Assembly (NCBI GenBank): GCA_028280345.1
Contig: JANQLY010000008.1
Span: forward strand, 29,198 to 93,197
DNA length: 64,000 nucleotides
From: Pseudomonadales bacterium
GTDB lineage: Bacteria > Pseudomonadota > Gammaproteobacteria > Pseudomonadales > UBA7239
Direction: 5' to 3'
Part shown: positions 15,001 to 27,000 of the stretch, piece by piece
Layout: each line of letters begins with the position of its first letter
How positions within the stretch are numbered: position 1 is the stretch's first letter
Program-made: the position numbers and the translations under genes
Notes under the pieces: model-generated
Told to the model about the DNA's origin: nothing
Seen by the model: the letters and a program-made list of their open reading frames with translations, nothing else
Database searches by the model: none

Positions 15001-18000
15001 AATCCATCCAGCTACAGGCCTGATCCACCTTGAGTGCATCCAGCAGCAAGATTTCTTCGGTGCGACCCGCATCATAAAGTGCAAGATAGGGAATCTTATA
15101 GCCGAGCGTGTCAGTAGAATCAAAACCATCGAGGTTTGTCATAAAACCTTGCGGCTGACATTCTTCCGGACCACGCTGCTGCTTGCTAGTGAGAATCGCC
15201 GCAACACTGGACTGAGCCGCAATCGCACTGCTCTCACCCGGAATCTCGAAACCATTCGCGGTATAGCGACCCAGTGTTTTCAGATACTGCGGGAAGCGCG
15301 CATCTACCACTTCCAAGGCATTACCGGTAGCAAAACGATTCTGTCCCGGGAATGCTGCCGAGAGCGTACTGTAACCACTCTGTCCCAGTTGCGGCAGCGA
15401 AGGCTTGGTCAAGTCGTAAACGAGGCGCTTGTCATCCTTAAGCACTACATGCAGGTAGTCGCCAATAATTTCAATATCATCAACTTCAAGATTTTTCTCG
15501 GCTCCGGACACCACCGCAGTTTCAATTTGTTTAATAATCGAGGGACGTATGCGATCGGCAATGCTGATAATCGCAATGCTGCTATTGGCATTAATGATCA
15601 GCAGGTCATCCTTGATCAATAGTTTTTCCGGCGTACCCTGCAGCGGCATCGGCAACGCAAAGATATAATCACGTCGGTTACCTTCCGGCAGGGTTTCACT
15701 GTTCTCCGACTGTGCAGTTTCGCGATCAAACACCAGCAATACCGCCTGGCCATCAAACGGCGTATTGATATGTGGATAGTTGTAGCCCTGTGCCGTCACA
15801 TAAACATGGTTATCATCCAGTTCCATATCGATTGGCATCACATCCTGCGGCAAATTCAGATAACCAAGCGCATGGCGCGGTGCTGCATCCTGCAAGTTAT
15901 CGCGATCATACTGCACAAGACTGATCCAGCCCGGCGCAGTGAAATCCCTGAACGTATCCTGGTTGTAAACACGTTTCGGATCTACTTTCGTGTCGATCAA
16001 ACCGCGACCGAGCACATAAATCCAGCGCAGCTCCGTATCCACTTCAAGCGCTGCAATTTCACCCGGTGGCAACTTCGTTGCATCCGGCACATAACTGTCA
16101 AAACTCCTGTTCTCAATTGTATTGAGACGATCCTGGATGTCTTTTTCCTTGAATGGCAGCTCCGTTACCAGCGTGCGGTTAATCGAGAGGCGGCCGTAGA
16201 ACACCGCATTCTGTAATAAATAGAAGCGCCCCATCTCATCGCGAATCTCGATATCAATAAAGCCCCGATAAGGCTGCCCCTGACCATCACTGAAGTCAGG
16301 TACATACCAATACATCTTCTCGGCGCTGTAGAGTTCGAGCAATTCATCATCAACGGTATAGGTCACTGCTGTGCCCGGCTGGCCACTCTTATAGGCCTTG
16401 AGTTCAATACCGGTATGGAAACCGTAGCCGACAATATTCACACGATCATTGACACCTACTTGTGCAGTGCGCACAACCGCGGGATCAATAAATGAGATCT
16501 GCAAAATATCCACATAGGTGAAGCCGCCGATTACGGTATCCGTGAGCCCGTCGTCATTAGTTACAGTGACCGCTGCCGGACCCGCGTAGTTCGGATAAGT
16601 TGTCGCGTAAATACGCTCATAGGGATCTTCTAGCGTCGGTGCCTCAATGCGATCAATCACTACCGGCTGCCCACCGATTTCCAGTTCCGGATCACTACCG
16701 AAATTTAACCCGCGAATAACAATTTCCGTACCACCTTCAATACCGCCCGTCGCAGTACAGTAGTTGTTGCCTACCAGCTCGCTGACCAGCGAACAAATAC
16801 CGGTAATATCAGGTTGCAGCGCATCACCCGCAGCCGAGGTAAAGAACTTGAATTGATAATCGCTGCCAAGCGGGCGACCGGTTAACGGCATCAACCCTGC
16901 CGTCACACGCACCACATAACGCTGACTCGGCTGTAACACATCAGCATCAGGCACAATTTCAATGGTGCGGTAATGCGGCTCACTATTGCGCGTACCGAAG
17001 CGCACGGTAAAGTCACCGGTAATATCCGGCGCACCAAGCTCAGGATCACCACCAAATACCGTAATGTAATCATCAAGCACGGTCGCAGGATCGAGCACCG
17101 CAGACAGCTCCAGCTCAATCGCTGTGATATTCGTCGGCACATCCACCTCATCAAAACCAGGTTGATGCGCCAGTACAGTCAGCTCGTGCATTTCAAGGCG
17201 GTTAATACCCTGCTTGCCACCGGCCACCTGTACTGCACCACGCGCCAGCGTGAGTCCGCGCGCAGAGAGATTCGCCACACTGGTATGGCGATCAATCATC
17301 GCCGGTATCGTCGCATCCAGTGTCGGATCCAGTGCCTTCTGTAAATCGATCACCTCAACGATGGATTGCGCCGGTTTATCTTCCTGGTCAGAGTACAGCA
17401 CAGTCACATAAGCAAGGTTGCCGGATACCATCACGTCGTAAACACCATCACTGACCAGATCCGGTCGTGCCGGACGCAAGTCAATAACACGCTCCATTTG
17501 CGGATGATAGGGATCGGTAATATCAAAGATATTAAGTTGTGATGTTCCGCCATCGCCGGCCATATCCGTCACAAACACACGGTTACCGGAGATTTCCAGG
17601 CGATTTGCAACACCGAGCGTGTCGATCTTTGCCACAATCGGTAGTGACGGATCATTGATATCGGCAATCACCAGCCCTTCATGGGAAGCGGCAATATAGG
17701 CAAAACCATCCTTGATTTTCACATCGCGGCTAAAGCCGTTCGGTTTGATAAAGCCGATATGGTATGGCGCTGTGATCAAACTGATATCGAGCACCTGAAT
17801 GCCGCCATGGCCATTAGCGACAAATGCCAGGTTGTCCTTGATATCCAGACCATAGGTATCAATAAACGGCATATCGATGCGGCCGGCGAGCAGATACGGC
17901 AGTCCGAACTGGTTATCGCCATTTTGTGTCGTGAACAGTAACAGTTCACCACTTTCGTTATCGTAGAACAGGTTGCCACTGCCTTCGGCAGAATTATCGC

Positions 18001-21000
18001 CACCGAGCCAGTTTTCCCGAACCTTTTCTTCAAGTTCGCCGATAAAGAAACAGGCCGGCGGCTGATCATCGCCAACACATCCTGTGTTGTCTTCGGTACC
18101 GGACTTGCTCGCCGCAATCATATTCGGGTCAGCGTGCAGCTCGGTAATCGTACCGACAAAAATTTCTGACGCGCCGTTTAACAGATTGGAGTAAACAAAG
18201 AAGTCACCCTGCTCATTACCCTGGGTTTCATCCACTGCATCAAGCAGGAACAAACCGGTGCGCGGCAAAATGCTGCCAGGAATATCATCCTCTTTAAACA
18301 GTCCGAGATCCTGCTCGGTCCAGAATGGATCGTGAGACGCCCATGTCGCCACCATGGCACCGGTGCGCTCAGCACTCTTGTACTGATCAACCGATGTATA
18401 GAAAACAGATTTCGCCCTGTTTTCTGCACTATTCTCCTGTGGATTCAGGAAACGTCGTTCACTCGTGTTAAGGCCAATTTCATAGAAGTTTGTTGTGGTA
18501 ACCGTATGGTTCGGTGTCACGACTTCAGTGACTACGCGCACCCGTTCATTATCGAAGACGCCGCGACGTAAAATATTACCTTCAGTAAAGTCAGCCCAAT
18601 AGATAAAGTAGAAGTTATCCGGATCACTGACCGGAGTCGCATCACCATCCACGCGCACATCGTCACGGAACAGTGACAGATCAAAGGTATCTGCACTGAT
18701 CCAGTTGCCCGCACTGTCTTCGTAACCACGGCTCCAGTATTGCGTGACCGCTTCAATTTCCTCACCAGTATCAACGATGCTCACAATCGAACGCAGGCTT
18801 TCTGCCGTAGTGAGAATCTCGCGATCAAACGGATTGATCACACTGACCTTCGGTTCCACCGTATCCTTGATACGACCGACCAGCACAACCTGTGAAGCAC
18901 CGGCCTGACCCAACACATCGTAGGCAACAGCCTGTAAATAGAAACCATCCACACCTTCCGGCGCCGAAATTTCCGCACGATAGACATGTTCCTGAGCGAA
19001 GCTGCCAACCTGCTTGCCATAGTTATCGTAAACATCGGCAACCGGCTGGTCATTGAGATAGAACACTACATGATCGACGCCATCCGGGCCGAGATCATCA
19101 AACACATCAACAAACACTTCGATGTTCTGACCATCGATAATCACAGAGTTGTTGTTATCCGGCTTGGTAATACGCGCCGTCGGCGGCTGGTCGGCAACAA
19201 TTTCCAGATCGATAAGACCCGCTGACAGTGGTGATTCATAACCATCCACATCACGCGCTTGTGCCATAAAGCTCAACGTGCTGCCTACGATATCCGTCGG
19301 CACCTGCATATGGAACTGGAACGGCGCAGAGGAATCTTCGCCTACAAGCACCTGGGCAGTTTCCTCGCCATCCGGATTGGTAATACTGTAGTACAACGTC
19401 GCAGAGTCAACACCGACTTCCGGATCATTCGCAAGCACGTTGACCACAATCGCGCGACCCTCGGCAATCTGACTGATATTGCCCATATTGAAACCGCGTG
19501 CATCAAGCACATTAATGCCGGTCACTTCCGGCGGCTGATTGTGAATCATCTTCAGCGGCACAGAAGTAGACGACTCATTGCCCGCTCCATCGCGTGCGGT
19601 CACTTTAAATTGCAACGATAACTGGTCCGGTATCAGCGCAGGATCTTCTGCATCGACATACTCGGCGATTTCCTTGAGCATGACTGTGCCGAAGAACGGC
19701 GGATTCAATAGCAGCGACTCGTAAACCAGCTCTTCTTCCTCATAGCTACCGGAGTCATCTGCATCGGCAAACAGACTGATCGTCACCACACCGACTTCCA
19801 CATCATCAAGCACATCCATGCTGTAATCGAAGTCACGGTTTTCCACCACCGTACCGTTACTTACCGGTGAGAACAGCAGAATCTCCGGTGCAAGTTCATC
19901 TTTCTCTACATGAACGGTTACCACATCCGGCGTAGTCACGGTGCGCGCCACACCATTGGCCCGCTGTTCGGTCACACTCGCAGTTAACTGCAAATCAGCA
20001 CCCGCCTGACCGTACGGCAACTGAATCAGGAATTCATAGGGGTAAACCAGATCCGTGAAGGTTTCGTCACCGGTACGGAAACCCGCCACATCAAGTACAA
20101 CACGATCTACACCGACATCATCAACCGCATTGACCTGCACCAACATGTACTGACCTTCTTTAAACACACTGCCATCCTGTGGCGTACCGATGGCCACCAC
20201 GGGCGCAACATCTTCCACAATGCGAATCGACAGAGATTCACTCGCCGTATGATTGTCGAGTTCGCCGTATTTATGACCATAGGTATCCAGTGCGTACAGT
20301 TGCAGGTCGACAATATTATTTTCCGGATTATCTTTGTCAAAGGCCGGCACCGTGAAACTGTAGCTGTAAGGTGGCTGATAAAGTTTCAGCGGCTGTAGTG
20401 CCTCACCGCCGCGATGGGTCGGCGTCATTTCAACATACTGAATACCCACATCATCAAAAGCCTGCACATTGACAAACACCTGGGTGCCTTCCACAACCGG
20501 CGTGGAATCAAGCGGCTCAATCACATCAATGACCGGGCGTTCATCTACATGCACGCGATAGGTTTGCGACACCTCATCTGAATAAGCGAGATCGTGCGCC
20601 ACAACTTTGAGGATCACATCAAAGTGGGTATCGTTATCGAGCGATACACCACTAAACTGCGCAGCAATTTCCGTGAGCCGATCCACATGGATAATCTGTT
20701 CGTAAATCGGTGTATCAATCTGCTCTGTGGAAACTGGCTGATAGTCAAGATTGGGAATACCGGAAATCACCCGCAACTGTTCGAACGCAGTTTGTTCGTA
20801 GCTATTATCCGGCTTGAGCACACCGTAGGCGCGATAGACTTCAAGGCGCTGCACCTTCACATTGTCATAACCGCCAAAACCGAGGGTAAAGTCGGAACTT
20901 TCCGCCGGCGAATAGCCAAACGGCTTGGAAATAAAGGCCACCGGAATAATCGTATCCGGTTCAATATTCAGGGTCACCTCATCATGACCAACCGCCTGTT

Positions 21001-24000
21001 CAGTATCCTCAACTGTCGCGGTAAGTTTCAGCGGCTCGCTTTCACGCATCACCCCTTCCGGTATTTGCAGAACATACTCATAGCGCACCGCATAGGGGTT
21101 ATGAATATGGCCGTACTCGGCGGCGATATCCGGACCGTAGTTCACTTCGAGTGAATCAGTCATCGACTCAAAAGCCTGTTCGATCAGATCGATTTCATCC
21201 GGTCGAATCTCATCCGGTTCCAGTTTGACGCGACTGACTTCCTGCAGAGTGATGCCGTTTGCACGGATTGTTATAGAAGGTGCACCTTTTTCCACCGACA
21301 GGAAGCGATCATCCGTCGCTACAACACCCACCTTGATTTTGAAGGTACCCGATGCAATAGACTGGTTATCCGCCGGGGTTACGATGCGCACTTCAGGCGC
21401 CACATTATCAACCGGGTGTACCAGGAAGCGGCGATCACTGTATTGACCCACACTATCAGTGATTCGAATCAAAAACTCCACTGGCTCGGAGTAATTGAAG
21501 TTAATCTCTGATTGAATATCAGCGACTTTAAGCGGCAAATCCGGACAGGTACGACTCAGGTCCCTGTAATAAATCTGCTCACCGAGCGTACCGTCGCGGT
21601 TCATGCGATAGATTGCGACATTATCGAGCCCGGCATCATCGGTAACCTGATAATCAAGCCGGAAGGTTTCGTCAACACGCACCCAGAACTCCGCATAGTT
21701 CAGGCGCTCAGGCTCTGTGATATTTTTCAGGTAGGCCGAACCCACCTTATAGGAATGGAAGCCGCGCAAGTCAATCAACGGCTTCTCATTACTGTCGATT
21801 GGCATAACAACCGATTGCTGCGTCACATTACCTGCGTAATCCGACACCAACGCCGAGATTTCCAATGACGAGCCAGCGTAATCAACCGGGATCTGATAAT
21901 GCGCAGTAAACTCACCACCGGTGAGATTACCAAACTGATGGATCAGATCGATATTGTTCTGATAAAACTGTATATCGCGAATCAGTTTACTTTCATCATT
22001 CGCATCAACCTTGATCTCAAGTACTTCACCGGGAACACGCACGCTACCATTTTCCGGCTGCACCAGCGTAAGCTCTGGCAGCACACTGTCTTCAACCAGG
22101 TTGTGAACATGAACCGGCTCTAGCGCCAGGTCGCCGCGTACTTCCGATAAGCGGTCAATCGCGTGAGCAAGAATCGTAAAGGTCTGCGCCGCGTGAGGCT
22201 CCATCGTCTGTACCGCAACAGAACCATTGAACTCAATATGCTCATAAGTCGCCGAGTGGAAATCGCCGATCTGGATAAACGCATCGCTACCTACCGGAGA
22301 CTGGGCATCGGCAAGCTCAACTATTACCAATGCCTGCTTGTCTGCCGAATAGTTAATATGAATATTGCGCAGGAAGCCCGGCGTTGCACCACTACTTGAA
22401 AGCACCTCGGGGCGAATACTCAGACCGGTTATATTGCCGCGATCCACAAACGGATCAAGATCCAGAGAGTTGCCACCATCGACAACCACCACTTCCGGCA
22501 TCGCGAGACAAACATTGTCTGAATGCACGGCGACATGGAAGCGATACTCGGTACCGTTATCGTCGAGGATATCAAGCTGATTAGATGTATAGAGATTAAA
22601 AGTATCGGCAACCTCGACCTTGCCATCGGCAAACTCAAGCCGTTGTGTACCGTTATAAACAATTTGACCTTCCCAGCCAGCCGCTTCCGGATAGTTCAAG
22701 CGCACTAATGGCAAGGTGTGATTCAACCACAGCTTCAGACTACCTGTCGGATCACGGGTACCACCCGCTCCGACACCGGTGAGATTGGTAAACATCGGCA
22801 CAAACTGCACATGGCGCTCGCCTTTCTCTTTGAAATCATCAGTTACGATGTAATCCGCATTAAACAAACCACCCTTCGATAGCTCATCTTCGGGATCAGG
22901 ATTTGAAAACTCAATCACCGGTGGCAAGTCCGGATCAACGGTGATCAACTTGCTTTCAGTTGTCGTGTTACCCGAAGAATCGATTGCGACAACCACAACA
23001 TTAAACTGTGAACCTGGTGCAAAACCGGTGATGTCGTAATCAATATCACCAATCTCGGGATCAACGCCACTGGGAATATTATAGGTTGAGCGATTTTCCA
23101 GACCACCTTCGGTAAAGATCAGCTCGCGACCACGCAATTCACTCTCAACACTGAGACTGACAGAGGTAATCAGTACTTCGTCACTGATATTGATATCCCA
23201 GTCGAGAATCTGCTGCTCAATCTCGTTCGCCTCAGGGCTAACAATAGTCACTTCCGGCCCTTCGGTATCGGGTTTGATTCTGACGGGCACACCCGGCGAG
23301 TCTGTACTGTTGATACCGTTATCACTAACGCGCACGACAAATTGCAACACCTGGTTTTCGTAGGAGATCATGTGCGCCGGAATTTCCAGCGTCGCTTTAA
23401 AATCGGTATAGAGTTTGCGCGCCACAAGCGAGGAACCAAACGAACTCTGATTCGCAATTTCAATCACTTCTTCACGATTAACACGACTATCAACACGCAC
23501 ATTAAGCGGCAACTCCGTGCCCTGCTCGTCAATCAACATGTATTGAATATCACTGACGACAAAATCATCACTCGCTGTACCTTCCACCTCAAAACTCTTC
23601 GTCGGTAGAATCGAGAACGGCTCAAGCGGCTTTTGCAGAATCACCGTTGGCGGAACAATGTCGTCAATTACATTGAGATTGATCGTCTCTTCTGTCGTCT
23701 GCGGTGTCGGCGCGTTATCGACTGCACGCACACCGATCACCAGCTCAGTCCCATCGGGCCGATGAGGAATACGCAACTCCGCAGTCGCATAGGATCCGGC
23801 GACATAGTCGCGCATCTCGAAAGACCTTGTAACAATATCCGGACCACCACTGAGCAGACGCACAAAGAACTCGATCGAGTTCACCTTGTTGTCATCGAGC
23901 ACCAGTGCTGCCACGGTGACTTTCTCACCTTCAACCAGCCTGGAACCCGCCGCCGGATTGCGAATACTGATGGTTGGCGGTGCATCGGTGCGCACAGAGT

Positions 24001-27000
24001 AATCCCAGCTAGACACATCGGTGTTACCGAAGATATCAACAGCGGTATAGGTCAAACTCAGCGAAGGTTGTGCCGGGATCTCATAGTTGAATTTGGTCTC
24101 AAAACTTTCCGTGTTTTCACCGGAAAAGTCTTTTGCATACAACACGTCTGTGCCGTTTTTAACTTCCAGGCTTGCCAGTCGCGCTTCATCAAGAGCACGC
24201 AGTGTAAAACTGACACGATGCGACGCATACAGCTCCGCACCATAAACCGGATCAGAAATTGCGGTAATCGGCGCTTCCAGATCCTGAACAACCTGTAGAT
24301 CCTCAATTGCGCCGGCACTGATACCTGTGCTGTAGACAGCCGACTGCACACCGAGACTGTCCGTCGCGGTAATTTCAAGATGCAGCGTGTGATTATCGTT
24401 ATCAAGACCAAGATCGGCAGGCACAAAAGAGAAACGATGCTGAAGATTAGCCAGCGCCGCAAGACCGGTCGAGTTGTTTTCTACTATCACCAGACTCGGT
24501 GTCGATTCACCATTGGCAAACACTTCAAGTTTCAAACCGTGTACGGCAATATCATCTTTTGCCAGCACATCAAGCGCCACTTCATCATAGAGGTCGTAGG
24601 CTGCCTGGTTCGGCACCACGCGCACCACTTCTGGCGGAATATCTGCAAACACACCGACAACCACTTCCGCTTTCGATGAGTTACCCACTTCATCGTAGGC
24701 CGTAACGGTGATCGGGTAACGATCAAACTGCACCGCTTCGAGATGCTTGAAAGCGGGTGCCGCCAGCAGTTTTAATGATGAAAATGCCTTGAGCACACCC
24801 GGAATTTTCTGCGGCGCAAAATCATCACCGGTCACGATGTCGCTCTCATCACCGGTAAGCACAAAACCCTGTCCATCGATCTTCTTCACACCGGTTAATT
24901 CAAGATTAACCACACCGACGTTGTCATAGCCCACTGCTTTGATAACAAAATCGTTACCTTCAACTATCGAGGCAATATCATCTCCAGCATCCTTGCGATC
25001 CACAACCGGAGAAGAAATATTCACCACCGGCGGATCTTCATCCTTACCAAGGGTGGCGTTAACCACATTACTCTGTGACACCTGACCCGCACTGTCCGTA
25101 ACCAGCGCATAAAAACTGATCGGCTGCTCATTGGCAATCAGTGGCGGCGTGTCATAGATAAAACTGAACGGCACCGCTGGGTCAGAGCCGACCAGCTCAC
25201 CGTTAACAAAGAAATCAACTCGATCAATATCAATATCATCACTCGCATTGGCGCGCAGCTCTACCGGCAAGCCTGAAACAATGTGCTGCCCCTCTACCGG
25301 GTGACTGAATGCAATGGTCGGAAACTGATCCGCCTTGACCGGAATCACAATCGCCTCGGACTGACTCACCTTGTCGTGAAAATCGGTTGCAATCGCAATA
25401 ATTTCCAGGCTCTGTCCGACCGCATCTTCCGGCACCTCGTATTCAAACTGCTCGGTAAAACTGCCATAGGAAAAGTTCGGATTCGCACCACTCGGACGCT
25501 GGCGATAAGAAGCGGAATCTACAAGTTCATCGTTGATAAACAATCTGACATCGGTACCCGCAGCAAGCACATCATCCGTGGTTTGCACACTGATTGGCAG
25601 GGTTTGCCCTGCAGTGGCAATGCCCCCTGGTACCGGACTCAGTACTTTCACCGTAGGCTCGGTGTTTTCAACGACACGAATAAATTTGCTGCCCACTTCA
25701 AACGACTGTTTTCGTATGTACATAACAGCAGAAACCGCGATAGAGGTTTCGCGGGTAGAGATTTCAGGGGCTTTAGTATTGTACTTCCAGAGTTCGTAAC
25801 GTTTTGGTGGATCCTGGGGATATTCGAGATTGGGCCGCTCTTCATAGGTCGCGTAGGATGCTGTGCCTATTTTTATGCCATCGGCAAAGAACTCTACATA
25901 TTCGACACCGCTGGTAAAAAGCCCTCCTTCCGGGTCATTACCAACCGGCAAGGCCACCTGTAACGGAAACGGTGTACCTTCAATGATGCGACTACCATCT
26001 GTCGGGAATTCAAATTCCGACGGCGGCTTGATCACACGGGAGGCACTGACAACCGGAACCGAAAACACAGAAGTTTCTGTAGTCTGCCCGGCACTGTCAC
26101 GAGCCGCTGCCTTGAGTTCCAGAATCTGACCTTCCATCGCATCGGCAATCGGCAGTGTTAATTGATACGGTGGTTTCAGTCGGCGGCTCACCAGACTGTC
26201 ATCAAGCCAGAAAGTCACTTCGCTAATGCTGACATCATCACTTGCCGTTGCTTTCACGACATAGTCACTATCAACAACAGCACGTGCCGGCGCCTTGAGT
26301 TCAACTTCAGGATAGGCATCGGTAGCAATCACCGGAATGGTGACATCAACCTCGGGGTATAACGCTAGTGAAAGACCGAGTTGCAGTGGCGAGGTGGCGG
26401 GAATTTCTGCCGTCGATTTCAGGTTACGCTCTTCATCAACAAACAGAAAATCTTCAGCACCCTGGGGAATAGACACGCTGATCACCAGAGAGCTGTTAAT
26501 CGGCGCTTCACTGGTATCGTCAAACACCCCGTAGACCTGCGGCATGGCAAAATCGCTGTTAAGGCGATCAAGATGCAGCGGTGTAGCAACATCAACGCCC
26601 TCTACACGCAGCGCATCCAATCGCTTGGAAAAATCCACCGTCACCGGCACCTCGACATTCGGCAGACCCGCATAGGAAACCGTGATAATCACCGGTGTAT
26701 TCGGCAGGGTTTCAGCAATCGGATAAACCGAACCATTCGGGCCGACAAAGACTCTGGAAGTATCGGAAGAACTGTAGCTCACTCCCTGGGCAGAACCCGG
26801 CAGCGGTGTCGGGCCACGGAACTGGTAGTCTACGGTCGGAATCAACTGGCTGATTTCAAGTACGTTACTAAACAGTAAATTGGTCGGCGCCACAGTGAGG
26901 CCCAACGCCTCTTCGTTGAGGTCGGTACCGGTCAGCTTCAGTTCCGAGATACCGCGTTTTCTACCCCAGCTATCAACCGCAGTTACCTCAACAAGCACCA